A stretch of 40,130 bases of DNA from Verrucomicrobiota bacterium (lineage in GTDB: Bacteria; Verrucomicrobiota; Verrucomicrobiia; Limisphaerales; SXQI01), in NCBI GenBank assembly GCA_033762115.1, contig JANRLX010000077.1, positions 1 through 40,130 of the forward strand, in the 5' to 3' direction. This document shows positions 8,994 through 17,977 of the stretch, piece after piece. Numbering within the stretch: position 1 is the first letter of the stretch; each line of letters begins with the position of its first letter. A program made the position numbers and the translations under genes. The notes under the pieces are model-generated. The model was not told where the DNA came from, searched no databases, and saw only the letters and a list, made by a program, of their open reading frames with translations.

Positions 8994-9494
8994 TTAATCA
9001 ATCCGTGGGGGAATACCCCCAGGACCATCATACTCTGCAATCCGAACCCCCTTTCGCGTTCGGCATTCCTCAATCGCGTGGCGAAGGCTTTCGCGGACAG
9101 CAGCTGCCTGGGAAATTCCTTCAATGCAAACCGCTGAAGTCGAAGCATCCACCGCGATAATTTCAATGTTCCCCTTCCCAAACAACCGCAGCAGAAACGG
9201 TTGCACCAGAGTGGCGTCCCTCACCCGGTAAAGCTCCATCTCTTCCGTCCGCTTTGTCAGGATGCCCGTCGTGATCCGAAGCCTCTCCGTAGTCAGCTCA
9301 TACTGGGTCGATTTGACGCTCAACAGAACTCCCACAAACAACAAGGACGCAATCGCTGATCCAATAAAATAAAGCGGATTGAGCATGATTCCGGCAACAC
9401 ACGCAGCAATATCCAAAAACACGAGCAACGTAATTGTCCCGATTTGAGTGACAAGTGAGCGAGACCCCTTGAAGATTGTTTGTTCCTGCGGCAT
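8994..9494 (-). CDS. Membrane protein with bacterial PH (bPH_2) domain
   Basis: Two N-terminal TM segments, then YELTTERLRITTGILTKRTEEMELYRVRD..QPFLLRLFGKGNI, typical of the bPH_2/YdbS-like family. Confidence 0.85.
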   Translation of the reverse strand: MPQEQTIFKGSRSLVTQIGTITLLVFLDIAACVAGIMLNPLYFIGSAIASLLFVGVLLSVKSTQYELTTERLRITTGILTKRTEEMELYRVRDATLVQPFLLRLFGKGNIEIIAVDASTSAVCIEGISQAAAVRESLRHAIEECRTRKGVRIAEYDGPGGIPPRID

Positions 9495-9518
9495 ACGTTA
9501 GGATCGTTCTTCTGGATC

Positions 9519-9547
9519 AGCTTATGCAGCTTTGGATCGCCTCACAA
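9519..9547 (-). promoter_or_regulatory. Sigma70-like promoter for the bPH_2 gene
   Basis: Minus strand TTGTGA-N17-TAAGCT in the divergent intergenic region. Confidence 0.4.
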
Positions 9548-9575
9548 GCTGATTAGAAGTCCTCTCATAAACCAA

Positions 9576-10610
9576 ATGACCGAAAAATTTAATCCTGCGG
9601 CCCTCACCAATAAGCAGATTTTCCTTATCTTCGCCATTGCCATGATCGGTGTGTTCCTCGGCTCCATTATCGTCATTAAAAATGAGCCCGGGACCGTCCC
9701 CCGGAGAAAATCTTCCCGCACCGCCATTCCCCAAACCTCCGTTGGCCGTGAACAGGATGGAATGAAATGGATTCCCAGCGGCTCCTTCTGGATGGGATCG
9801 GAACAGGGAGATCCGGATGAGAAACCAATCCGCCTGATTACCCTTAACGGTTTCTGGATGGACAAGCACGAGGTCACCAACGCCGAATTCGAGCGTTTCG
9901 TCAATGCCACCGGTTACCAAACCACTGCCGAACGCAACCCTGACTCACCTTCCCCATCCCAGCCCGGTTCCTTCGTGCTCGTGACAAATTCAATGCCCAA
10001 GGCAGGCGACATCGGTTCCTGGCGTTTTATTCCCGGCGCTTCATGGCGTCATCCACACGGTCCCGGTTCCTCCATCGTCAGTCTCGAACAGCATCCAGTC
10101 GTGCAGGTGAGTTGGGAAGATGCCACTGCTTACGCCAAATGGGCCGGCAAACGCCTTCCCACTGAAGCAGAGTGGGAATACGCCGCGCGCGGCGGCCTGG
10201 ATCGTCAGGAATTCATCCTGGGGCCCCTCTTAAACCCCGCCGGGAAATGGTCGGCCAATTTATGGCAGGGAGCATTTCCCAATTTCAACCGCATTGACGA
10301 TGGCTTCGGCGGAACAGCCCCCGTTGCTCAATTCATTCCCAATGGCTATGGACTGCTCGACATGACAGGCAATGTCTGGGAATGGGTCCAGGACTTCTAC
10401 CACCCCCAAGCCTACGCTCTCCCTGAAAAGAATAATCCAAAAGGTCCGGCCAGCGCCTTCGATCCCGCCGAACCAGCCATCGTCAAGCGAGTCATTCGAG
10501 GAGGCTCCTTCACCAGCCATGAACCCGCCCAGTTTAAACCCGCATCACGCATGAAGTTACCCCCCATGTCCGCGCGGTCCGACCTTGGATTCCGCTGCGT
10601 TCGAAATTAA
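9576..10610 (+). CDS. Formylglycine-generating enzyme (SUMF1/FGE-sulfatase) domain protein, membrane anchored
   Basis: GSFWMGS, EVTNAEF..FV..TGY.T.AE, HPVVQVSWEDA.AYAKWAGKRLPTEAEWEYAARGG, GLLDMTGNVWEW, RGGS and GFRC. N-terminal TM. Start placed at ATG 9576 because the track start overlaps the divergent gene. Confidence 0.9.
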   Translation: MTEKFNPAALTNKQIFLIFAIAMIGVFLGSIIVIKNEPGTVPRRKSSRTAIPQTSVGREQDGMKWIPSGSFWMGSEQGDPDEKPIRLITLNGFWMDKHEVTNAEFERFVNATGYQTTAERNPDSPSPSQPGSFVLVTNSMPKAGDIGSWRFIPGASWRHPHGPGSSIVSLEQHPVVQVSWEDATAYAKWAGKRLPTEAEWEYAARGGLDRQEFILGPLLNPAGKWSANLWQGAFPNFNRIDDGFGGTAPVAQFIPNGYGLLDMTGNVWEWVQDFYHPQAYALPEKNNPKGPASAFDPAEPAIVKRVIRGGSFTSHEPAQFKPASRMKLPPMSARSDLGFRCVRN

Positions 10611-11266
10611 GGCTGTGGTTCCCCCTCGATGGTTGGCTGGTCCCATTTCGGAAAAATTTCCGCGGGCAATTCCCCGCGGCGGATCAACTCCTGCAAATCA
10701 CGGATAATCGTTCGTCGCGCCACATTGAACTTTCTCGCCAGCGCCGAAATATTTGGCCGATCAGTCGAATTGGCCAGCATTCTGCGGATTTCCGCCTGCC
10801 GACTTAACCTGTCCGTCGAGCGGCTGAAAAGGAATTCCGCATCCACCCTTCGGGAACGTTCCAGCGCCTCAAACTGTTTCAGCACCTCAGTTTCCCCGCA
10901 TTCCGCCAGCGCCGTTTCCACCGTTCGCGTCAACTCCCGGAGATCGACCGGCTTGGTGATGCAATAATGCGCCCGCCTCGGGCCTTGCAGCGCATGAATC
11001 TGCTGATGCGCCTCCAGAGCCCCTGAAACCATGATGATCGGCACATGCGGCAACAGTTCCTTGAGTTCAGGAAGGTAATCCAGTCCCAGGTCCCCCTTGT
11101 CCAGGATATGGTCCAGGATGATCAGGTTCGGCTGCCTTTGGGAAATGGCTGTTAACGCCTCACTTCCGCTGCTGACCCGTTTCAATTGGTACGCAGCAAG
11201 CGCATCTTCATACAACTCGTATTGAAGATCATCATCTTCAATCACCAGGATCTCGGCCGGTTTCAT
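10607..11266 (-). CDS. Response regulator (receiver domain plus C-terminal HTH)
   Basis: VIEDD, LIILD (phospho-acceptor), VSG and TKP. C-terminal NISALARKFNVARRTIIRDL helix-turn-helix. Confidence 0.88.
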   Translation of the reverse strand: MKPAEILVIEDDDLQYELYEDALAAYQLKRVSSGSEALTAISQRQPNLIILDHILDKGDLGLDYLPELKELLPHVPIIMVSGALEAHQQIHALQGPRRAHYCITKPVDLRELTRTVETALAECGETEVLKQFEALERSRRVDAEFLFSRSTDRLSRQAEIRRMLANSTDRPNISALARKFNVARRTIIRDLQELIRRGELPAEIFPKWDQPTIEGEPQP

Positions 11267-11390
11267 CGGGGATGCTCTTGATTACCTCAAAACACCCGGT
11301 CAATCAAGCGTTCTCATTCCTCCTTCAGGATGAACTTGCCACAAATTGAATTTACCGGTTCCTGTGCGATTTTCCCGTGAGGAGAAATTT

Positions 11391-12215
11391 ATGCGGGGGA
11401 AATTTAAACTGATACCACTGGTCATTGCCGCAATTGTCATTCTGTTCCAGTTCATGGGCGCGGAAAAATTCACCAACCCCGAAACCGGGAAAAAAACGCG
11501 GGTGGCACTTTCAAGCAAGGATGAAAAAGCCCTCGGCATGCAAAGTTTTCAGGAGGTCCTCGCAACTGCTGACGTTCTCGAAACCGGCCCTGAAGTAGAC
11601 ATGGTTCGCCGTGTGGCCGAACGGCTCGCCCCGGTCACAGGCGAAGCGGCCCGGGATTTTGAATGGGTCGTCAGCGTCGTCAAAAGCCCCCAGGTGAATG
11701 CCTTTTGTCTCCCCGGCGGCAAAATTGTCGTCTATACCGGGATTCTCCCAATCGCCCAAACCGAAGAAGGCCTCGCCACCGTCATGGGACATGAAATGGC
11801 CCACGCCGTCGCAAGGCACGGCTCCCAGCGATTGTTTCAGCATAGCCTCATGCAAACTGCAATGGTGGGCGCCTCTTTTTCCCTCGGTGATTTTGACCCC
11901 CAGCAACGCCACATGATCCTTGGCCTGCTCGGGGCCGGGGCTCAGTACGGCGTCTTGATGCCCTTTGGGCGCGACCATGAAAGCGAAGCCGATCACATGG
12001 GCCTCCTATATATGGCACGGGCCGGGTACAATCCCGAGGCCGCAATCGGTTTCTGGGAACGGATGGCTGAAGCAGGCAGCGCCAACCAGCCTCCAGAATT
12101 CATGAGCACTCACCCTGCCCACGGCACCCGCATCGCCCGTATCCGCGAACTCATGCCAAAAGCCCTTGCCGAATACGAAAAACGTCGGCAAAACCGAAAC
12201 CTCTCCGCCGAATAG
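11391..12215 (+). CDS. M48 family Zn metallopeptidase (Oma1/LoiP-like)
   Basis: VNAFCLPGGKIVVYTG, HEMAH zinc motif, ESEAD..G, AGYNP and STHP. GAGGAG Shine-Dalgarno before ATG 11391. Confidence 0.93.
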   Translation: MRGKFKLIPLVIAAIVILFQFMGAEKFTNPETGKKTRVALSSKDEKALGMQSFQEVLATADVLETGPEVDMVRRVAERLAPVTGEAARDFEWVVSVVKSPQVNAFCLPGGKIVVYTGILPIAQTEEGLATVMGHEMAHAVARHGSQRLFQHSLMQTAMVGASFSLGDFDPQQRHMILGLLGAGAQYGVLMPFGRDHESEADHMGLLYMARAGYNPEAAIGFWERMAEAGSANQPPEFMSTHPAHGTRIARIRELMPKALAEYEKRRQNRNLSAE

Positions 12216-12857
12216 CTACTTCACCGGCTCCACTTTCAAATCATCAACCCGGATCGGAGTCGTGGAATAAGGGGAAGCGCCCACATACGCACGCCCTCCC
12301 GATGGAGTTTCTTTCTCCTCCCACGAAATCATTGGCTGGGATGGACGTTCAGTCCCTTCAGTCCACGCCATGCCATCGATCTTCCAGCTGGCGGCATTTT
12401 TTTTGATCTGAATCTGAAGGTGAGTCCATTTGTCAGATTCCCATTCAAAAGGCACCGTCGTCAAAACTGCATCCGCTTTGTAAAGCTCAATCACCTTTTT
12501 CCCTGGACTCACTTGCAATTTGTATCCCCCCTGCCCGTTCAAGCCGACGCTGAAAGTCGGAAATCTCCGTCCTTTTCGTGAGCCATGAACACGTGCTGAG
12601 ACAGACCAGTTTTCCTTCGCCGTCGGGCCAAAAAGAAATCCAAACGTATCCAGCGGCGCCCCGGGAAGTTCAAAAAATTTGTTCCCTCCTTCCTCCTTCA
12701 CCGCAAACCCTCCATCCAGAATCAGGAAATCTTCCGGGATCGAATCCACCGCCGCTGCGCTGAAATCATTCCCATAAATTTTCACCTCCTGCCCGGTTGC
12801 CTGGAAAAGGCTTCCGAAAATAATCAATCCAACAAACAATGATCTCACTGGTTTCAT
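12216..12857 (-). CDS. Secreted hypothetical protein, probable beta-sandwich (lectin/LamG-like)
   Basis: Signal peptide (MKPVRSLFVGLIIFGSLFQATG) and alternating beta-strand pattern. Last gene of the ABC operon (3-nt gap). Confidence 0.7.
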   Translation of the reverse strand: MKPVRSLFVGLIIFGSLFQATGQEVKIYGNDFSAAAVDSIPEDFLILDGGFAVKEEGGNKFFELPGAPLDTFGFLFGPTAKENWSVSARVHGSRKGRRFPTFSVGLNGQGGYKLQVSPGKKVIELYKADAVLTTVPFEWESDKWTHLQIQIKKNAASWKIDGMAWTEGTERPSQPMISWEEKETPSGGRAYVGASPYSTTPIRVDDLKVEPVK

Positions 12858-12860
12858 CTG

Positions 12861-15800
12861 CTATTCGTTTCTTAATGCGTTAAGTAATTCTCCCTTCAGC
12901 GCAATTCGCGCTGCAATCCAGGTCGCGACAAAACCAAACAGGAGAATGCCAATCAAAGTCACGTAAAGTGAAAACGGCGGCAGCTGCCTGTTGCTCGCAA
13001 GGAGATTCGGCAGGATCGCCAGCAGGGCACATAAAATTCCCAGCAACAACCCGCTCACCAGCAAAAATGCATGCTCGGAGACTATCTGCTTCTGGATCAT
13101 CCCCCGCCGAAAACCCACTGCTTGCAGTAACGCCAGCTCATTCCTCCGCTCAAGCACATTCCGCAACACAACAATCCCCAGTCCAATGCTTCCAATCAAC
13201 AAACCGAGCCCGCCCAGGACCTGGAACGTATTTAAATAAGTGTTCTGCACTTCGTTATAGGCGGCAATCCGGTCGCTGCTTCGGGTCAGTTGCAATCCCA
13301 CATCCTGCAATGCACGTCCCAGCATTTCGCTCGTCGTGTCCACCTGGTTTGACGCCGTTTCGATCAGGAACATTCGATAACCACTCTCATTGGGAAATGC
13401 GGAAATATAATTCTTTTCCGAAATCACAAGGTTCCCCTGCAAAATTGAATTCGCCACCGCCCCCACAATCTTGAGCTCAAAGGTCCGCCCCCGCTCATCC
13501 GTATACTCAATCGTGTCTCCCACTTTTTTTCGCATCGCCCATTGAATGGACGCCGCGTCTCCTATCGCCGGAATCACTCCTGCCGGGAGATTCGTCATTT
13601 CCAGCAAACTCCACGGGCTCGCTCCCTCCGGCACCGCAAGGCTGCTCGCGAATGTGAACGCCTGGCGCGAAACCAACGCTTTCGGATCAACCCCGAGCAG
13701 CCGCGGCCGAATCGGCAGGTTCAGGTTCAGGCAGCTGGCGTCATCCCCTGCCCGGACCCGGAATGGGACAATCGAAACGTTGGACATCGCCGCCGCATTC
13801 AATCCATAAGCTTCCTGTCCCGAAATGGAATTCAGGTCCTGCACCACCGGCAGGGAACTTTCTCCAATCAACGCAAACCCTCCCGTCCCCGAACGGCGGT
13901 TCGAAAAATCACTCTCCGTTTCAAGGCGGAATGCCCCGATTGCCGCCACAATAAACGTCCCGCTCGCCAGCAGCGCAATGATCGCCCGGCTCCGCGAAAA
14001 ACGACGCGCCACATTACGGACCCCCAGCGCCGATGCCTGCAGGAATTCGGGTGGAGCACCCGTTAACAACCCCCGGATATAAAAACCGAAAAATGCCAGC
14101 CCCGCTCCCAACAGCAACGCGCCCGCGCCAAAGAAAAGTCCCGCCTGGGAGGAGCTTCCCCTGGGTGCGGAAATCATGCAGAGCATCGCCAGCGCAATTA
14201 ACACAAGACAGATCACGAGCGACCTTTTTCGCCGTTTTCCCAACAGGGCGAAATTCTCTGCTTCGCCGCCACCGGTCGGCTGCAACAACTCATGCGCTGC
14301 TGTCTTCCCCTCCTGGCGCAACGCCCACCAGATCGTGATCACGGCGACAACAATGCTCGCCACAAAACTCACACCAAGGGTTTTGAGGTTCACAGACAGG
14401 ATCAATGAGGAGCCTGCCACCGCACTTTTCCAAATCGTGGATAATCCGAGCAGCATCAATTGTGCATAAACAGCGCCCGCCACAACTCCCAGGGCCGAGC
14501 CGATCACCGCCAGCCCCGCTCCTTCCAGCAGCAGCCTGCGCCGCACAAGCCCGGGCCGAAAACCCAATGCCAGTAATGTTCCCGTTTCAACACGCCGCTG
14601 TTCAATTCCGAACCGGAACAAAAGCGACATCAGCAGCAATGCCGAAAGCATGATGAAAAAACTGAACCCAAGGAAAAGCTGCCCGAAATCCTGTCCCTCC
14701 GTGCTGCTCCGTTGCGCAATCGAACGGACCGGTATCGCCGCCAGCCCCACATCAGCCGGCTCTATCTTCGATAAAAGTCCCTTCTCAATCTCGCTGGCTG
14801 TCATCGGCCCCGTTCGCTCTGAATAAAACCGCAGCGCGGTTAAATCTCCAAACCGGTTGCCCCACCAGCGAACCCCGCTTCCGTACTGGATGAATGCCTT
14901 TGGCGTCCCCCTCCACTGGTCCCAGTACTGCTCATCCTTGTCGCGAATTGCATCCGTATTGATCGGAAAGCCCGTGTCCCAGTCGCGGCAATTCTCCGCA
15001 TCAGTCAACCCCGGAAAATCGGGCATCAGCGAAGGATCAGCGGCTCGCCCGGCAATCGGGACAATCTGTTTCACATGCCAGATCGCACTCTTCTCCTCGA
15101 GCGCTCTCATGCTTCCAACCACATAAAATTTCAGTTCCACCCGGTCCCCTGCCTTCGCCTGAAGGTCATTCGCAAGCCACTCGTTCAGGATGATATCAGC
15201 ATATCCCATCGGCTCCTCCACTACAGGCTCCTCAACCGCTGAAATCATCGAATAGGGAGTGCTGTTGGTGCCCACCCGGATCTCATTCACGAAATAGGTC
15301 AGCACTGGAGACACATTCGTGTGCACAGCAAAGGCCGCGTCTCTGATCAGCGCATCCATAAAAACACGCGTGCTGCGGATTTCATATCCAGCCGCGTTGG
15401 TCAACGAAACAAGACTCAATTCGGCGTCCGCCAGCCGCCATGTTTCCTTGATCGCGGAATTCAATCCTGAGGCATCAATGCTCGCTGGACCCACCAGCAT
15501 CAGGTTGGCCCGGTTCGTCGCTCCCGTCCGCGCCTGCAACATCTCCCATGAAACGAACGCATTCATCGGCGGCAATTGACTTCCCTGCAGCGCAAAATTC
15601 CCTCCCTGCTCCGGCACGAGGATCCGCTCCACCCGAAGCCGCAGCGCCACGGAATTATCCTCTTCCGGAGACAACGGCGCATCCTGCGACAACGCCGCAG
15701 GCTTCCGCACCCGCAGCACGATTGAATCCTCAACCTTCACTTTCAATTGCTGGGCCAGCGATTGATTCAACCAGACCGCGTCCGGCGCAACCTCTGCCGA

Positions 15801-16169
15801 AAAGGGTGCATGCGCCATCCCCCACCAATTCGAATCCACCCCAAAAACAATGACCTGGTTTGCCCGGGAAGCTGTTTCAGTCGCGATGGCCACCGCTGGC
15901 AGTTGCAACGCCGCTGCGCTCTTTCCTTGAATTTTTTTTCCAACCTCATTCGCCAGGGCATGGCGAAAGGTCCGGTCACCCGAGGCAATCGCCAGATCAG
16001 CCCTCCCCAATCGCAGCAGGGCCAGCCATCGAAGGCTCTCCCGGACTGAATCCCCCACCACCAACGCCCCGGTCAAAACCGCCGCCGCCACCCCCGCCCC
16101 CACAAAGGTCCCCCGATGACTGCGGGCGTAATAAGCCACGCTGCGCACGGCCAGTGTCCAAAGGGGCAT
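12861..16169 (-). CDS. ABC transporter permease, FtsX/MacB-like (duplicated, 1102 aa)
   Basis: Two periplasmic loops and two FtsX-type TM clusters: EQRRVETGTLLALGF and ERRNELALLQAVGF. Confidence 0.9.
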   Translation of the reverse strand: MPLWTLAVRSVAYYARSHRGTFVGAGVAAAVLTGALVVGDSVRESLRWLALLRLGRADLAIASGDRTFRHALANEVGKKIQGKSAAALQLPAVAIATETASRANQVIVFGVDSNWWGMAHAPFSAEVAPDAVWLNQSLAQQLKVKVEDSIVLRVRKPAALSQDAPLSPEEDNSVALRLRVERILVPEQGGNFALQGSQLPPMNAFVSWEMLQARTGATNRANLMLVGPASIDASGLNSAIKETWRLADAELSLVSLTNAAGYEIRSTRVFMDALIRDAAFAVHTNVSPVLTYFVNEIRVGTNSTPYSMISAVEEPVVEEPMGYADIILNEWLANDLQAKAGDRVELKFYVVGSMRALEEKSAIWHVKQIVPIAGRAADPSLMPDFPGLTDAENCRDWDTGFPINTDAIRDKDEQYWDQWRGTPKAFIQYGSGVRWWGNRFGDLTALRFYSERTGPMTASEIEKGLLSKIEPADVGLAAIPVRSIAQRSSTEGQDFGQLFLGFSFFIMLSALLLMSLLFRFGIEQRRVETGTLLALGFRPGLVRRRLLLEGAGLAVIGSALGVVAGAVYAQLMLLGLSTIWKSAVAGSSLILSVNLKTLGVSFVASIVVAVITIWWALRQEGKTAAHELLQPTGGGEAENFALLGKRRKRSLVICLVLIALAMLCMISAPRGSSSQAGLFFGAGALLLGAGLAFFGFYIRGLLTGAPPEFLQASALGVRNVARRFSRSRAIIALLASGTFIVAAIGAFRLETESDFSNRRSGTGGFALIGESSLPVVQDLNSISGQEAYGLNAAAMSNVSIVPFRVRAGDDASCLNLNLPIRPRLLGVDPKALVSRQAFTFASSLAVPEGASPWSLLEMTNLPAGVIPAIGDAASIQWAMRKKVGDTIEYTDERGRTFELKIVGAVANSILQGNLVISEKNYISAFPNESGYRMFLIETASNQVDTTSEMLGRALQDVGLQLTRSSDRIAAYNEVQNTYLNTFQVLGGLGLLIGSIGLGIVVLRNVLERRNELALLQAVGFRRGMIQKQIVSEHAFLLVSGLLLGILCALLAILPNLLASNRQLPPFSLYVTLIGILLFGFVATWIAARIALKGELLNALRNE

Positions 16170-16870
16170 TCTGCCTCCACCTGCACCAGGGTTCCCCGCT
16201 GAAGCTCAAGCACCCGCGACATCTTGAACGCCAGGTCTCGCGCATGCGTCACAAGCACAAGCGCTACATTCTGTTCCCGGTTCAACTCCAGGAGCAGCGT
16301 CGCCAGATTTTCCGCCGAATCCCGATCCAGCGCCCCGGTCGGTTCATCGGCCAGAAGCAATTTCGGTTTATTGATCAGCGCACGGACCACCGCCACTCGT
16401 TGCCTTTCCCCGCCCGAAAGCTGCCCCGGCTTGTGATTCAGGCGCGCTCCCAGACCCACCCTCTCCAAAAGCTTCCGCGCCCTTTCCGCTGCCACCCCAG
16501 GTTGGTTGGCTGGATTCGCCAAAGTGGGAACAAGCACATTTTCGAAAACCGTGCATTGAGGCAGCAAATGATGCCCTTGAAAAATAAAACCGATATTTTG
16601 GGACCGCACAGCAGCCAGTTCATCCGCCGAAAGGAACGTCAGTTCCCTTCCTTCGAACTCCACGCTTCCGGAAGTCGCCTTGTCCAGGGTCCCGATGATG
16701 TTCAGCAAAGTGCTTTTCCCCGAACCCGAGGGCCCGATGATCGCCACAGTCGCCCCCGGCTCAACCCTAAGATTGACCCCATTTAATATCTCGACCTTCG
16801 AGGCATCACCCACCGCTCCAAAGCTCTTGGTGACATTCTCAAGGCTTAGCAAACCGTTTCCCACTGGCAT
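16073..16870 (-). CDS. ABC transporter ATP-binding protein, LolD/MacB family
   Basis: Walker [10 protein letters not shown], signature LSGGERQR, Walker [10 protein letters not shown] and H-loop VTH. The 3' end overlaps the permease by 97 nt (see findings). Confidence 0.93.
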   Translation of the reverse strand: MPVGNGLLSLENVTKSFGAVGDASKVEILNGVNLRVEPGATVAIIGPSGSGKSTLLNIIGTLDKATSGSVEFEGRELTFLSADELAAVRSQNIGFIFQGHHLLPQCTVFENVLVPTLANPANQPGVAAERARKLLERVGLGARLNHKPGQLSGGERQRVAVVRALINKPKLLLADEPTGALDRDSAENLATLLLELNREQNVALVLVTHARDLAFKMSRVLELQRGTLVQVEAECPFGHWPCAAWLITPAVIGGPLWGRGWRRRF

Positions 16871-17029
16871 TCGCCAATCCTAATCCCAACAGGAGCAAAG
16901 CGAAAGAGGAACTCAACACCACAACCCATATACTGCTCTTGATCCTGGGGGGTGCATTGCGATACGATCATGCGCTTGGGTGTCCGTCTGGGTAAGGCTT
17001 GCGCGAAGATTCAGGACCAGAAGTTAGAG

Positions 17030-17122
17030 ATGAAAGCAGTTATTATCATTGTCGTGGTTTTTGTCATTGCTGCGTTGGTAAGGCGGGCACGGCAGGAACG
17101 GAATAAACCACCAAAGGAATAA
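17030..17122 (+). CDS. Putative 30-aa single-TM peptide
   Basis: Hand translation: MKAVIIIVVVFVIAALVRRARQERNKPPKE*, a hydrophobic helix followed by a basic tail. Confidence 0.4.
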   Translation: MKAVIIIVVVFVIAALVRRARQERNKPPKE

Positions 17123-17228
17123 ACTCATTTTACGACATACCTGGTATGACGAGAGTCGCCAATGGTAGCGAGAATCGGAAATCTGTTAGGCGCTGCTCAA
17201 GCAATCCAGGACACACGTATCCAAACAC

Positions 17229-17513
17229 ATGAAGCTTGTTCACCAACATAATCTCATCTTCGTCGGCACCAGGAATGGTCAACAGGTGGTTCACTGGCCC
17301 GGAGTCGCGCTCGGTTACCTGCTTTTTCTCGCCGCACTCATTGTTGCAGGCGCGCTGGGTTGGTATCTTCTTTCTCTTGCTATCGGCGCAGACTTCATCC
17401 GCGGTCTCGCCGCAGTGATCGCGGTGTCGTTCGGCAGTGCTGGTGCCGCGATGGCTGCGGTCGTGACCGGAACCTTGCGTCGCTCCTCTTCGGAATTGCC
17501 TGCCCTCGACTAA
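17229..17513 (+). CDS. Hypothetical small membrane protein (2 TM)
   Basis: 94-aa ORF with two hydrophobic segments; no recognised family. Confidence 0.5.
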   Translation: MKLVHQHNLIFVGTRNGQQVVHWPGVALGYLLFLAALIVAGALGWYLLSLAIGADFIRGLAAVIAVSFGSAGAAMAAVVTGTLRRSSSELPALD

Positions 17514-17622
17514 TCCCCTGGGGAGTATCACCAAAACCCCGGCTTTCTCTAGATCAGGTCTGCTGGCGTCCGCTTATTTAAGCATTCCCTTAATTAAGCA
17601 AATCCTTAATTACGTTTCACTA

Positions 17623-17917
17623 TTTCCCACTTCTTCCCGCCTCCCTTCCCACAATCCATCCCCGGAACGACCCCTTCCATTTCCCACTTGTTCCCAGTTC
17701 CTCTCATCCTTCCCACCCAATTCTCAACACAAATTTAACCGCAATCACCTAATTACAAGACACTTACAAACACCCCCCAAACACTCCATCACCCTTCTGG
17801 GAATTCCCGGTTGACCATTTCTAAGGCCCCCATCGGCCTTATCCAGCAGGACAAAGTGGGAATTCCCACTTCACAGGCGTCACACGACCAATTCCCACTT
17901 CTCCCGCTCCATCCCAC
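17623..17917. repeat. Cluster of TCCCAC(TT) motifs with a perfect 18-bp palindrome
   Basis: TCCCAC at 17625, 17647, 17682, 17711, 17864, 17893 and 17912, plus reverse GTGGGA at 17856. Palindrome AAGTGGGAATTCCCACTT at 17854-17871 and GGGAATTCCC at 17799-17808. Confidence 0.8.
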
Positions 17918-17938
17918 TACCCTTTTATTCCACCTTCC

Positions 17939-17967
17939 TTGACATTAAGTCAGTGAAGGAAAAAACT
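17939..17967 (+). promoter_or_regulatory. Sigma70-like promoter for glyQS
   Basis: Perfect TTGACA, 17-nt spacer and a weak -10 (AAAACT), 10 nt before the ATG. Confidence 0.4.
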
Positions 17968-17977
17968 CCCTCCCTTT

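Noticed and set aside
16911..17191. Integron attC-like cores (GTTAGAG, GTTAGGC) before the two small ORFs
   Set aside because: No complementary RYYYAAC inverse core or pairing stem, and no integrase in the window.
17588..17940. CRISPR array or T-box leader upstream of glyQS
   Set aside because: Repeats are 6-11 bp and irregularly spaced, there are no cas genes, and no T-box consensus or terminator is visible.
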